This document shows positions 1-13,479 of a DNA stretch of 64,000 bases, piece by piece (positions within the stretch are counted from its first letter, which is position 1; every line of letters begins with the position of its first letter). This DNA comes from Nitrospirales bacterium (GTDB taxonomy: Bacteria; Nitrospirota; Nitrospiria; Nitrospirales; UBA8639). The stretch covers positions 1,728,001 to 1,792,000 of the forward strand of contig CBDBCZ010000018.1 of NCBI GenBank assembly GCA_965203295.1, in the 5' to 3' direction. The notes under the pieces are model-generated. The model made no database searches. It was not told where the DNA came from and was given only the letters and a program-made list of their open reading frames with translations. Position numbers and translations under genes: made by a program.

Positions 1-51
1 GGTTTTGCCAGGTGCGCGTGACCGCTTAGCGGCAGCAACAGAATTTGCATT

Positions 52-130
52 TGTGTGTGTGTGTGTGTGTGTGTGTTTGTGTGTGTGTGCGTGTGTGTTG
101 TGTGTGTGTCACATGTGTATGTGTGTATGC
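52..130. repeat. Imperfect (GT)n microsatellite
   Basis: Interrupted GT dinucleotide run; source of the CVCV ORF at 5..379. Confidence 0.9.
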
Positions 131-454
131 GGTGTTCTAGTTTCACCGAACAGTGAGGACAAAGCTGATATGAGGTTTTGGGGGCCCAAGGCAAGCCTAA
201 TGATTTTGCTATGCCCACGTGTGTGCATGTATGTTATGATAGATAAAGACAGTCACATGTGTTTGCAGGGGGTGTTTTGGAGTGCACCATGTGTGTGTAG
301 TAGATGCAGTTTAATGCTTCTTTGTGCACACAGGTCTTTGTCTATACATATATGTACTGTCTTTATCAGATTTGAGTGATATAATCAGTAAGCTAAAGCT
401 GATTTTAGCAGCTGAGATAGTATAGCTGTAGTCAGACCTATCATCAGATATATA

Positions 455-750
455 ATTTTAAAGCAGATTGAATTGGCCAATAAAACAAATGTCAGAAGTA
501 ATTCATGGTGTAAACACTCACAGCCAGCAGCTCATTGGGATCAAACATTGACTCTTTCTTGTCTTCAGCTGCTTTCTTTTCTTCTTTCGCTCTGTAATGA
601 GTCTGTAGGACAACAGGCAGACAGGCACACACGTTATCTAATAGGTAACTATTCTGTAGGTCCACACAAGTGGCCCACTACCACATGGAAACATCACTGT
701 GGTCATGTACTTTGATTCTGCAAGAAACAATGCGAATGTAGCTAGGTCTA
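455..750. repeat. ~290 bp dispersed duplication (copy 1; copy 2 at ~57584-57853) containing exon-like pieces on the minus strand
   Basis: Near-identical to 57584-57853 (tttaaagcagatt...tgtagctaggtct); minus strand shows ...tcctacag|ACTCATTACAGAG...CTGCTGGCT|gtgagt. Confidence 0.85.
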
Positions 751-899
751 CATGATATGTGAACTTAGTTACAGGAAATTACAAAAGTGATCGAGTGTCA
801 GTGTAATAAATTGCCCTACTTGGTACCGTGTGATAAATATCTGTGTGATTTCTGTTGGTTGATCGACATGAAGACAGCACGTACATACCAAAACCTTCT

Positions 900-2545
900 A
901 ACAACACTGTGTAAGTGATTAAGTTTTTTTCCTTTCACGATCACAATCTGTACATGTCTATCCAATGAACCATTATTAACAAATTCAATCCACAAAAACT
1001 GTAACTTGCAACCCTTGGAATGTCTTTATCTCCCCCACTTCCGTGTGAATGTACCTGTATCAACCTCTATGGAAAACACCATAACAGCACTCTCCTTTAC
1101 AAAATTCCTGTACTACATTAATCAATGTTTGTAAGTCCTCAGTATTAGTAATTAAACCTACAAAATCATCAGCAAACACTAGACCCCCAACATATAACAT
1201 CAGTCTTAATAGTTGTGCCAATCCCAGCCTTTGTGATCTCATCTAACAACTGATTGGAAAATACATGCAGGATAGGAGACATATTACAACCCGTACCACC
1301 CGACCTATATTGAATGATTTGGATTTTAATCCCTCCAGTAAAACAGCACTCTGTGCTATGTCATACATAGTCTTAATAATTATCTCTCCACATCCTACCT
1401 CTATCACCAAGTTCCCGTAAGCCATTATGCCAAACTGTGACAAATGCTTTCTGAACATCTAACACGAAAGTGTAAGTGTGTTTTCCTTCCCTAATTGTGC
1501 CTTTTATGATTTCATTTCGAGATAAAATGATATCAAACCAACTCCTTTTGAAACTCTCTAAATCCTGCCTGACCCTCATGAAGAGCCCTTTCTGATTCTA
1601 ATCTGATTACTAAGCGGTTATTTAGAATCTTGCAAAACCTACCACATTTAATAGTGCAATGCCTCTGTAATTACCCGGGTCCTCAGCATCACCTTTTTTA
1701 TACAAGTTAACAATTGACCCTTGTCTGCGGAATAGTCTCCTCTGTCCAAACTACTTCATATAAACTTTCAACAGATTAGACATTCCTTCGCCACCGTACT
1801 TAAAAAGCTCCCCAACTAGCCCATCATTACCTTCTGCTTTTTATTCTTTAGGCTTTTAGAACATCTTTTAATTTCTGCTTAGCTACCAACCTTGACTATT
1901 CCAGCTTATAGTATTCTCTATACCTCAAAGCTTCATCTACTATCTCAGTAATCTTCAGTACCTCTACACAGTTTCATTTCCCACTCTTGACTCTATATAC
2001 GTAACCACCACTTAAGTTTGCACTTATTCCTCCTGCCTTTCAAAGATTCTACCCCTATATCTTCCTTTATTGTTTCATTGCATATTTATTTGAATTTTTA
2101 GAAGAGCAGCCAAGTATCTTTTAGCTGCTCCTACGTAGCTGAATAGATTCTAAAGAAGCTGTCTCCATATTAAGCCAACACTTCACTACCATACTCTATA
2201 AAGTGGGGCAAAGTAACAAAATTAACACTCCAACTGTATTGATATTTCTAAGTTTTTGCTTTCCACTTTTAATTACCCTCTGTACATTATTGTATCATGA
2301 CCATTATTGACAATTCAATGCCCAAATAACAGCAACTTGCAACCCTTTTATCTCCCCACTTCCATGTACATGTACCTGAACAATTAACCTCTCTAGAAAA
2401 AATAATAAGGGCACTCTTTTTTAATGTTAGACTTTAACCTTACCTCAGAAGTAGTAATTACATTAGACCCCCACTCTTATTAACATCATACTTAATAGTT
2501 ATTCCAATCCCAGCTTTATCTAATTGATAGATAAATACAAGTCTA
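900..2545 (-). mobile_element. Degraded non-LTR retrotransposon (LINE) reverse transcriptase and 3' fragments
   Basis: Frameshifted pieces KKGDAEDPGNYRGIALLNVVG, FVLDVQKAFVTVWHNGL and GGLVFADDFVGL (RT motifs); 1922-2420 recurs at ~12875-13475 and a further RT piece lies at ~5290-5500. Confidence 0.85.
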
Positions 2546-2773
2546 TCCATACAGTTCTATATAAACACGTGTTTAGAACCCACATACATGCAAGCCCTCG
2601 GTGGCAATGGAGTGTTTGACTCTATTAAAAATGGTGGGCCTTACCCTGTTAAATAAGAAAGAGAGGAGAGTAGAAACCGCTTTTGGTATAACTATCAGGT
2701 ATCCAAATATAAAGGGCGGATTTAGCGATTGTTAAACCCTGTAAATCGCTAGATTGATATTTATTTCATTGTA

Positions 2774-2846
2774 CAGACGACAGACAGACAGACAGACAGA
2801 CAAACAGAGCCAATTGCTTAACCTTGCCGCATATGCATGGGGTAAA
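2774..2846 (-). mobile_element. 5' end fragment of a Helentron/HINE-like element
   Basis: (GACA)n tract plus gagccaattgcttaacc...ggggtaa, the same layout as the 5' end of the 24030-24565 element; similar piece at ~21843-21915. Confidence 0.55.
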
Positions 2847-2981
2847 AATGGAAAATAGAATAGGTGACATTCTACGTACAACCCTGTTCCACCCCTGGCC
2901 TATATCTGATTTTTCTCCATCCAAGGCCAGAAATGTGGCTTATGGTTTATGTTATGGTTAGGAGTAGGTGGGCCTTACCCT

Positions 2982-3260
2982 GAGCATGCAAACTTAAGGT
3001 TCTGTGATGTGCCAGTGAATATGTATGGTCATAGGAGGGCATCTACATAATTACAAAGAGAAACTGAGCTAAAAAAGTCAGCTGCCACATGAATACAGCT
3101 ACATGGTAAGAGCAGAACAAACAAGAGCATATACGTACAAAGAAAGTGACAAGGGTACAGTGAAATGTCTAGTTCGCAGCTTTTGAATCAAACAGACGAC
3201 TGGTCAAACGTACAATTTAATAACTTCCACACTATAGATCTATGTGTGCATTTTAATAGA
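2982..3260. repeat. ~280 bp dispersed duplication (second copy ~5511-5790)
   Basis: gagcat..aaacttaaggttctgtgatgtgc...aataacttccacac near-identical in both places. Confidence 0.85.
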
Positions 3261-4289
3261 TCAATAATTATAACATGCCAAGTTCATGGAAACAGGAGGG
3301 GCACCTTAACCCTAGAACAGTAGCTACACAATCATGCCACTCACATGCCAGTTTGATGTAGCTTCCTGACTGCAACAGATTGCATTTATGTCAGTACAGA
3401 AATTTGAAATAGCACTGACCTGTGTGGTAGAGGTTTGCAAAGCTCAAGTGTAACAGATTGTAATGGGCAAAGGAGTGTTTCTTATATGAAAGGCCTTGCA
3501 ATTGAAAACATACAACTGTAGAATATTCATAGCGTCTGGTTCACTAAAGTAGTTTCACAAGCTAGCCCACTTACATTCTACAGCATCCATCACTTACAGT
3601 ATTGGCATGTGGAAGAGACATGTGCTGATAGCCTGATGCTGACACTCTTCCACATGCCATGCTGATACTGAAAGTAATGGTTTGATTCTGTGACTACTAC
3701 TGAAGTTACCAAGTGCCCTTAACAGAGACAAGAAAAGTACAAGTGTAGGCCAGAGCAAGTTGTCACCCCACCCCACCCATGCCCCACAGCCCATGCACAG
3801 GTGACACTCAATCTACTTCCACAACAAATGTACACTTGTTTACACAACTGTGTGAACAAACAAATATAACTAGGAGGTAAGATGCAAAAAGCCTTGTGTC
3901 AAAGTACCATTTGGTAAGTGTTCTACAAATACCTGTCCAATCTTACTAATGCATTTCTTCTGATTTGAAAGCATGTCCACTTATGTAAGAGGGTCAATGC
4001 TCTGTAAGTATACAAACATACTATCATAAGTAAAGTACAAAGAACTGAAACACTGACAGCTATTTGGGCTTTGTCAGTGCAGTGATGGTGTGTGTAGCAC
4101 CTAGAGCTGACCAGCAGCTACATACAGCTCTTAATTTGACTCACACCAGGAAAGCCTCTATGAATTAAAAGTGAACTAAGGCTCTACTGTAGTTTAGCTT
4201 TTCTCTGGTCTCCTAATCCTTCAATTACAATAGAAAACTACTGATAAACATAATTTGCTAAATCAACCCAAAAAGTTAGCAACACCCAA

Positions 4290-5220
4290 CAGCCAGACAC
4301 TGAAGCCAGACACACTAATTTTCTCCAGCCCAGTTGCCAGGGTAGGCTAAGGTTCCCCAGTGGTTATTGATAATGACAAGATCATCATTGCAGGACATGT
4401 CCAACTACCTCTGTGATTGCACATCAACATGACTGTTTTCCAAAAGTGCATTTATATATAATATATAAACTATTATATGCACTCATGCTGTTGACAGATA
4501 TTGGTATTGTCATTACCACGGATCAGCAGCTGTTTGATAGAGATTCCTTCAGACCCAGTTACTCACTTATTGGTTCAATAAAGTGACACCTGTTAATTCC
4601 AAGTTTCAGCTAACTGTGAGACATGATCCAGCATTGTTCTCAGCTGCTGGTCGACACTAGCTACCAGGAATCCAATACCTGATTCTGTGAAAGTGTTTAG
4701 CCAACTACGTACATTGTATACTATTGCACCTACGAACAAACTGGTGTGCTTTATTTTTACATTTCAAAAGGACTTACTCTTCCTCTTTATTTTCAAGCTT
4801 GTTGAGATTAAAAGCTTCAAAACCCGCAGCAGGGTCAAACTTTACAACTTCTGAGTACATTTGACATGTAGTGGTGTTCTGGATCTGAACTTTAAGAAGA
4901 ATATCATCCTGCGTGGTTTATAATGCAGTTCATTATTCACAAGCCATCAACTACGTACTATTACGTTGATGTTCTCACCCACCCATTCCCATCAATGCAC
5001 AACTCCCTTGGTCCAGCTCCCTGGATATTGGGGGTATCGTCAAATATACTGGGAAGGAGTCAATAGTTCCACCTGTACAATGTGAAGACACAGCTACTGT
5101 ACACACTGCCAAGTTCAAGATAAGTGCTGCAGTTAGCAGTAACAATAGCAGCAATTAGCGATAGACATTTGTGACTTTCCTGATAAGGAATATAAACGGA
5201 GCTGATCTGCTTGGCTGAGT
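4290..5220 (-). pseudogene. Degraded multi-exon fragment of a membrane/secreted protein, possibly with a CUB-like start
   Basis: GT-AG flanked pieces: hydrophobic LLLLLLTAALILNLAVC; open exon ~4778-4908 DDILLKVQIQNTTTCQMYSEVVKFDP; CNDDLVIINNHWGTLAYPGNWAGEN*CVWL; several stops. Confidence 0.35.
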
Positions 5221-5869
5221 CAGCCATCTCCTATGCTTATGCATTACATGCATAACTTGTCCTAATATCGCTAGGGTCAAAATAGCTTTCCGACCACATT
5301 CAATAGTGTAATGCCTCTGTAATTACCTGGGTCCTCACATCACCTTTCTATAAAAGCTAATAATCAACCCTTGTCTCTGATGTTTGGAAATACTCTCCCT
5401 TATCCAAACTACCTCATACAAGACTATCAACAGATTAGCCATTCTTTTCTCCCCATACTTAAAAAACTCCCCTCATTACCTCCCGTTTTATTACTTTTAA
5501 GAACACCTTTTGAGCATTCAAACTTAAGGTTCTGTGATGTGCTAGTGAATATGTATGGTCATAAGAGGGTATGTACATACATTTACAAAGAGAAACTGAG
5601 CTAAACAAGTCAGTTGCCACATGATTACAGGTACGTACATGCTAAGAGCTGGACAAACAAGAGCATATACGTACGAAGAAAGTGACAAGGGTATAGTGAA
5701 ATGTCAAGTTCGCAGTTTTTGAATCAAACAGACGACTGGTCAAACGTACAATTTAATAACTTCCACACGATGTATGTGTGCATTTTAATACATGAGTATG
5801 CTGTTTAGTAATTATAAACCAACAAGTCACCCATAGAGGTGGTCTTTCAAGAGTTCCAGTGTTACTCTA

Positions 5870-6092
5870 AGCTTTTGTTGGGCTACATTGGGATACACAC
5901 AAGCTGCAAAGCAACAGACCTACATTTGCATAGTTCTAGTCACTTGGAAGGCACCACCACAGTGTACAAACTCCATCTACTTTGGCAGTGCCTTTCAAGC
6001 CAGGGTATACACATCCATATACCCTAGGGTACATGAGGGTTGCTGGGCAACTGTGATAGACTGTTCTACAAACTGTGAAACAATTAGCTGGC
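5870..6092. repeat. ~220 bp dispersed duplication (second copy ~11250-11465)
   Basis: agcttttgttgggctacat...aaactgtgaaacaattagc shared. Confidence 0.85.
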
Positions 6093-6475
6093 AAACCAGT
6101 TCATATGGGAAAAGTAAGCTGTAGACTACTTCTTATTACATTCAGTAGAGTTATTCTAAGGTAGCTGCATGTTCAAAATGTAATAAATTGTTCCCCTTTT
6201 TTGCAAAAACTACAAAAGTGACCCATAGCACTACACAAGTCCACATACAAAGCACCAAGCCAGAGCAACTATTTAATGCAGAAATCACCCAAACACCAGC
6301 TCATGTGGGAAATACAAACTGTAGAATGCTTCCTATTACATAGAGTAGAGTCAATCCAAGGTAATTGCACGTTAGTAATTAAACAAAGTGTTTCCTTTTC
6401 CGCAAAAGCTACAAAAGTGACTCATAGTACTACACGTTTCCATAGTAAGCACCAAACTAGAGCAAGCATATAATG
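6090..6475. repeat. Diverged two-copy tandem duplication, ~200 bp period
   Basis: ctgtaga..cttc.tattacat...ctacaaaagtgac.catag.actacac...aagcaccaa..agagcaa occurs twice. Confidence 0.7.
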
Positions 6476-6746
6476 CAATCTCTGGTTTTGGTAGTTACAT
6501 GCACTTGCTAGTTAATAGAAATATTATATATTATATCTATTGTTATTCGGAACAACTGGAATCAAGATAGCCAGGATCATAAGGCAACGTTACATGTATT
6601 TTATTACGATGTATATTCTGACTTGTATTACTATAATTACACGTCATTCCTGCAATTTTTCTTTACGATTAATTACTAAACTTATGCAAGACAATTATGA
6701 GGAATCTGACAAACGTTTTGCAAGGTTCTTACACCAGATCTTGCAG

Positions 6747-6767
6747 TAGTCTCGATACGCGAGGCTA
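6747..6767. mobile_element. 21-bp TAG...CTA mini-insertion with perfect 9-bp TSD (AcademH-like)
   Basis: ATCTTGCAG|tagtctcgatacgcgaggcta|ATCTTGCAG. Confidence 0.7.
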
Positions 6768-7523
6768 ATCTTGCAGGACTTCCCTATGAGCCTTGCAAGA
6801 ATTCACACAAGATTTTAATGCCTACCATCTTGCAAGATTTTTGTTGCAAGATGAGAAATCTTGCTAGGGTAGAATGCCTACTGTCATAGTTCTCATGCAG
6901 CTACAACATATAGCTCACCAGGCCTGGCAGAATTTTTCCAGCACTGTCTCTGGCATTCGACATAGCCAAATTATGGGCGCACTCCCACTTTTCAAACATC
7001 GCAACTGTGGTTGAAAGGTAGATATAAGCAGTCTGGTGGAGCTAGCTCTTCGCGAGCCCCACGTAGTTCAGAGTTCTCGCAGCAGCGCTCAGCGTTACGC
7101 GCCGCGCACGAAGTCACATGTGGCTAATCCCAGCTTGTAGTTAATCCCAGCACAGCTACAATAACCAATGGTTATGCATGGTTATTGCATTTATGATCTC
7201 AGCCCCGCCCACTAAGCGCATATACTGATATAGAATCTGGCGCCGGTGTAAGGGCGATTTGGGGACCCCCGCGATATGGGGACCCCGTCCCAAAAACGCT
7301 AGCGATGTGAGGACCCCCACGGGCCCTATTTCGCTAGCGGTACGGGGATCCCGTACCGCTATGTATGTACAATTCTCATTCTGTTATCAGCATCTCAGCT
7401 AGAGTTGCCAAACTACAGATCACCTGCTTAAAGGTTAGTAAAGTAATTGCTCAGGTTCTCTTTTTGGCACTTGGTTGTGAAGTTGGATTAGCAAAGGCAT
7501 GTCACTGATACCTGTCTTCCTCA

Positions 7524-7562
7524 TAGTCTCGCGAACCAGCGAGGGGCTGGCTCACGAGACTA
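7524..7562. mobile_element. Short TAG...CTA palindromic MITE (AcademH-like)
   Basis: tagtctcgcgaaccagc...gctggctcacgagacta; flanks tcttcctca / tcttcctat. Confidence 0.65.
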
Positions 7563-7963
7563 TCTTCCTATACTAGTACTAATACTATGAACCAGATTCC
7601 TTAACCAGCATTAGATAGCAGTTATTGCTATGCTGATAGAAGGGCTTCCAAAGATCTAGGTTCCATGCTCTAAGGGAAAATTATTTACAAGCATAGACAG
7701 TAGAGTACTATAACCCATCATAACCAAGCAGTCTAAACGATAAGCCAGGTAGCATTTATATATTGATCGGAGTTCTCTTTCCACCAACCATGAATTTGGC
7801 GTCTCAAAACTTTCATTGTCAAAGGAATGCTGACTTTTTAACTGCTGTGCTGCTGTCTTCATCAGGGCAGACATCAATACAGTAGCTACAGGCCAAACCA
7901 AAAGCAAAGAATTCAAAGTCTTCGGGATTAGTCTAGCCTACTCAGCTCCTAGAAGGGAAGCCC

Positions 7964-8027
7964 TAGCCTCATACCTAGGCCTTCCCTGCACTCGCGAAAG
8001 TGCGGGGAAGGCCTGGGTACAAGGCTA
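7964..8027. mobile_element. TAG...CTA palindromic MITE (AcademH-like)
   Basis: tagcctcatacctaggccttccc...ggggaaggcctgggtacaaggcta; TSD degenerate. Confidence 0.6.
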
Positions 8028-8137
8028 GTTATGCCCAGTATTCTTATTTATTCTCAAATAGATTTGGTATTCAGAAACAGGAGTACCTTTTCCTTCTCTT
8101 CAACTGTGAACTGGATGGTGGGATGTATACCATTGAG

Positions 8138-8235
8138 TAGTCTCGGTACCAGCCCACCTATCAAGTCGGAGATCGCTTACAGTATCCCGCCACTAAGCGA
8201 TCTCCGACTTGATAGGTGGGCTGGTACCGAGACTA
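8138..8235. mobile_element. Perfect fold-back MITE with 9-bp TSD (non-autonomous AcademH-like)
   Basis: Arms tagtctcggtaccagcccacctatcaagtcggagatcgctta and its exact reverse complement; TSD ACCATTGAG at 8129-8137 and 8236-8244. Confidence 0.85.
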
Positions 8236-10655
8236 ACCATTGAGATGGTAGTAAATGTTTTGTAGCATTATAGCACACTGAATAATAAAAGTTTGAAAGA
8301 AATCATTTAAAAATGAAAGAGCATGTAGGGATGGAATCGCAAAAGAGTAACCAAACAAGGTAGCAATGACACAACAGAGCTTGATTCTACACCCCCATCC
8401 CTAACCCTGCATGAATGCAATTAGTGCCTGGCATGCCCGTATTTTACTTCTGAACTCTTGTGTCCAAGTGACAGGTAACAACATACATAGAAAGCATTCA
8501 CATACAGCATTCAACTACAGCAATAAAAGAACATAGGTAAAACAATATCACTTATCAGATGATAAAGGCACATGTATCTGACATGTTCATTTCACTTCCA
8601 ACCTACACAGAAATAATCAAATGTGTTACTATATATACACAATATGTTATAGCTAAACTATCCCCTAGACACTTTTACCAGTAATCAGGAGACTTTTCCA
8701 GGTAAACCAGCAATACATGAGACACTTTTAGTAATGGTCCCAAGGCTCATGGCATGAGTTACAAGAATGTTCTAAGTTACAATGAATGTACATATTGCTA
8801 CACTAGACGAAGTTAAGTGTTTCAGCAAATTACAAATTCTGTCCATAGTGGCTATCTTGCCATAATACATGTCTGTACTATTTTCCGACCATAAGCAACA
8901 CTTAATTCTACTCATGTGACCTTCAACAGATCAGAAGTCTCAAAATCGATCATATGAGTGTGCATTAAATTGCTTAATTCACACATACGTAGTAGCTAAT
9001 GTAGTATGGTTTGTACACTCTCCCAGAAGCTTCTGAAATAGTTTTCCACAAAAAAAGAAACTAAATATAGCTGTCCTGGGCAAAGTCCACGACAACTATA
9101 ACTTAGTACCAGCTGGGGTGCACTTCATGTTTATCTGGGTGGTAAAAACTACAAATAGTGCTCCCAGAATAGATCGGTTTAATATTATATACACAAACAT
9201 AGCACAACCTACCAACTAGCATAAGTCTTTCAGACTCAAGTAGTTCCGGGGAATCTTTCAGCCTGCATGTACATGTAGATGAACGGCACTGACTTTATTT
9301 TATGCACGTCTAGCATAGCAGTTACAGCTGTGCACGGTTTACACTTACAGTATCGTGCAATCATGGTTTATTAGTGGACGTCACATCCGTTACACACGCA
9401 CAGGCGCACACAGAACCAAATGTAAAGTATAGGTGCATACCTCATTCTGGAGCTACTGTGCTACACTGACCGTATTCTCTGTAGGCATCTATAGTTTGCT
9501 TCTTATATGACATAATTTAGACATACTTCCAAGTTAAAATTCCCACTATCAGATTGTGTACATGTTGTCATTAAATAAGTTACCTTCGCAGAAGTGAAAT
9601 GCTGTTTTCATTTACTGCTTCTCCATCAGATAACACAGATGACGTGATTGTAATGTCAGAGGCAGAAGAATGAATGGCTGTGCACGACTCCTACAGTGGG
9701 AATCAATGGTTGTACACTGCACTACTATGTATTCCAGCAACCCCAGCAAGCTTCCTCTGTAATTACTACTACATGGTGATCTTTATCAAGGCAGTTACTA
9801 CAAAAGCACTATTGTGTATCAACTGCCTGATGTACAGGCACCCCAAAATCAGAGCAACAATCTAGGATAAAAAGGTGTAATTTCTTACCCTAATATGCAA
9901 TGTTTGCAGGAAGAACTTAAGACTAGAAAAAACTAAGCACACGATATGTAATTCTAGATAACATGCAGATTAAGCTAAAAACATTATATTATACCTACCA
10001 TATGAGGTGCACTGATAGTTGCATGATAACCTAATGAAAAAAAACATAAGCATTATGAACAAAGCATTATTGAAGCATCATAGACTATTGTTGTTAACAA
10101 GCTGAATATTCTGATCAGGCTCTTCCCCTGTTACATGAAGGCTGGCCAGTAACAAACTGCACAGTTGCCAGGCAGTTAAGGTACCAAGAACACTCAACTC
10201 TGCAACACCGTGGTGAAATACTACCCTTTCACTTGGCAACTCTACATTCCTGTGAACTCATTAATTCAGCGCTGTTTCATCGTTACAGTGCACCCGAGGC
10301 TACAGGAAAGCACCTGCACCTAGCTGTTACAATGTATTCATTTATATGCACAGGTGCTTTCACCAATATTTTTCATAGGCTCCTGCTTCAAATGGGAGAA
10401 TCAAAGTCGTAACTCTATCTACTGAGTTAGAGATACAATTATTTCGCTGGTATCTAGTCTTGTTGCCATGCAGTCACCGTTGTGTAGCTTTTAATACATG
10501 CATGTGTAGTGTACTTTCATCTGTTCATGCAACAAGATACATGTAGATATCTGCAGTCACATTTTATGTTAAACATCCAAGGCTTTGTTTAGCAACCGGT
10601 CACTTAATACATCTGTAGAACACATCAGCGTTGCAAGACTGTTTCATCCTATATA

Positions 10656-11113
10656 CCGTATAGCCGGAAAATTTGGTGAGGACTTTAATTTGGCGGTTTG
10701 GCGAATCGTAAAAAATCACTAAATTAAATTCTCGCCAAATTAAATTCTAACGCATTATGTAATACATAACACCCACGCGCGCATGCAGCTACAAGAAAGA
10801 AGGTTCCCACTCCACGTACGTGTTTCCCCTCGTCCGGGAAGGATATCAAACTCGCTAACAAAGCTGTAAAGCGCTCTCTATCTGGAAACTCGAAGCATGT
10901 CACAGTCATCTCGAGGCAAGTATAACACTAGTCTTACACGCCAGAAGGGCACAAATTGGAAAGTATGCCGCTGACAACAGAGCGACAAAGGCCGCTACAC
11001 TCTTTTCGAAGCTTTTGGATAGTAAGATCAGTGAGCCCAATGCCTCCATTCTCGATTTCAGTGACAAAAACTTTACATTTTCAGCAGCGTTGCCAAATTT
11101 TCCGGCTATAAGG
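10656..11113 (+). mobile_element. Internally deleted pogo/Tc1-mariner-type DNA transposon
   Basis: TIR ccgtatagccggaaaatttgg / ccaaattttccggctataagg, TA on both sides; remnant RGKYN...AQIGKYAADNRATKAATLFSKLLDSKISE resembles the N-terminal HTH region of invertebrate pogo-like transposases. Confidence 0.8.
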
Positions 11114-11505
11114 TAAGTAACTAAAACATATGACTGCACAAACTCACAGCGGATTTCTAGCAAAACCTAATTACCAGAACTGCTACATACATTGTACCTA
11201 TCATTCTCTTTGAGTCTACACAACACAAATTTAAGCATGCAAACCTCCGGTAGCTTTTGTTGGGCTACATGCAGGATATACACACAAGCTGCAAAGCAAC
11301 AGACTACATTTGCATAGTTATAGTCACTTGAAAGGCATCACCACAGTGTACAAACCCCATGTACTTGGGCTGGTGCCTTTCAAGCCAGGGTCCATATATA
11401 CACTACCCTAGGGTGCATGAGGGTTGCTGGGCAATTGTGATCTCAAAACTGTGAAACAATTAGCAGGTACTATAAAAGCTACTATGGCACAAAGTCATCT
11501 CTACC

Positions 11506-11623
11506 TTGGGTCTCTAAGGTGTATAGGATTTGTACCCTCATGCAGTTGTGAGTCTTCTCTGGGCCTTCCCCCTAAAAAGACACAACTGCCCTTGGGTACA
11601 AATCCCTACACCTAGAAACCCAA
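11506..11623. mobile_element. Degenerate long hairpin, same family as 26379-26498
   Basis: gggtctctaaggtgtataggatttgtaccctcatgcagttgtg ... cacaactgcccttgggtacaaatccctacacctagaaaccc. Confidence 0.65.
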
Positions 11624-12277
11624 ATGCAAAACTGCAGACATACAGATAGGCACAGAGACCACCTGGCAGATCATCTATTCCCAGTCTGTGTAGTTTGGAA
11701 AAACCTTTCATATTACGGAACTGTAATGGTGAGAACTAACCTATTGATTGAGGAGAATCGTAGTATGGACTATGGGGACAGTAGTTCTTGCGATCTACAG
11801 CCTTCATACTTGCTTCTACTCTGGGACTTTGAATGATGTGTTGTTCTAGCCGGTACAGAAAAACATGTTCGAATGTAATATACATGTTCTGAAAGTATTG
11901 CTTACACATGTTAATTAGCTTTATACACAATGGGCCACTTTTGAAGTCATATATTGGCGGCTCATGAACCATTTTCACCCCATCAGAATCCTCTTAGCAC
12001 AGAATCCTTGGGCACTAGCTGCCTTTGCACATAGAGTACAACGCATGTACATGTATACCCACCACTTGTAATGCATACGAACATTTCTCAATTCTTAAAG
12101 AAAACTGTTATAAAATAATCATACAACAACACATTTTTAAGTGAATCCTATAGAGTGCTACTACTGTATCTATGAGAATGTATGTGGACTCCAAAGTTGG
12201 GTTCTCCACAGGAAGCTGATGACTGAGCAAAAGTTACCTCAGGATATACTGATCCAGAACTGATTCTACTGTAGTGC

Positions 12278-12331
12278 TAGTCTCATTCCCAGGCCTCCAC
12301 ACAGCTTTTGTCGCTTGCAGTAACGAGGCTA
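12278..12331. mobile_element. TAG...CTA MITE (AcademH-like)
   Basis: tagtctcattcccagg...aacgaggcta; flanks ctgtagtgc / ctgcagtgc (8/9). Confidence 0.7.
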
Positions 12332-12874
12332 CTGCAGTGCAACTAATACTAATGTGCCTATTACATGTACATATTGATAACCAACTGCTACACAAGCTTT
12401 GGTCCCCCATCCCGGACCAAATCTATCAGGAGCAGTATAAAACAAATCGGTACCGCCAAAAAAGAAATAGTCCCTCTTGATTAGCATTAGGGAGCCATTC
12501 CTTTCAGCTGTGTGTACAAGAAATGGTGCCAAATGTATCACTGCAATCACCTCTATCCACAAGCAGGAAGTCCTTGAAATTAGGATAACATACCTTTCTG
12601 TTTTTCTCAACTTTGTATGTAGTGCAGCTCTAGCTATCTTTTAGAACTTTTTGGACAATGCGCTGCAGCCCTCTTGATAGAAATTTGTAAACTACATATA
12701 CCTGCCCTACCAGCTCACATTCATTTGTTGCTGTCTTTCCCATTCCATTTCAGCAAATTTCACTCGTAGCGTGGCTTGGTTGCATAGTGCCATTGGCTTA
12801 TAAGGGAAATCATGACAGGAACAGAGTGATCATCCTACTAGGAAGGGGGACCGAATTACGCATTTCTAGACCAC

Positions 12875-13475
12875 TACCTCAAAGCCTCATCTACTATCTC
12901 AGTAATCTTCAGTACCTCTACACAGTTTCACTTCCCACTCAGTGCCTAGTAGTAATCTAGGATACACTTCTCATCCTCTTGACTCTATATACACAACAAC
13001 CGCTTAAGTTTGCACCTATTCCTCCTGCCTTTCAAAAATTCTACCCCTATAACTTCCTATATTGTTTCATTGTATATTTAATTTAATTTTTAGAAGACCA
13101 GCCAAGTATCTTTTAGCTGCTCCTATGTAGCTGAATAGATTCTAAAGAAGCTGCCTCCATATTACAAGCTCACACTTCACTACCATCCTCTAAAGTGGGG
13201 CAAAGTACCAAAATTAACACTCCAACTGTATTGATATTTCTAAGTTTTTTCTTTCCACTTTAATTACCCTCTGTACATGATTGTATCATGACTAATTCAA
13301 TGCCCAAGTAACAGTAAATTGCAACCCTTTTACATATCTCCCCACTTCCATTGTGAACTCTTCCAGAGAAGAAAGCTTTCTCAGAGAGTAAAGAAATCCC
13401 GAAAAATCGGGACCCAGCTGGGGATTGAACCTGAACAGTTAACCTATTTAGAAAATATCATAACAGCACTCTTTG
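12875..13475 (-). mobile_element. LINE 3' fragment (paralog of 1922-2420) interrupted by a tRNA-SINE piece at ~13360-13435
   Basis: Direct similarity to 1922-2420; minus strand GGTTCAATCC B-box at ~13423-13432. Confidence 0.7.
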
Positions 13476-13479
13476 TATA

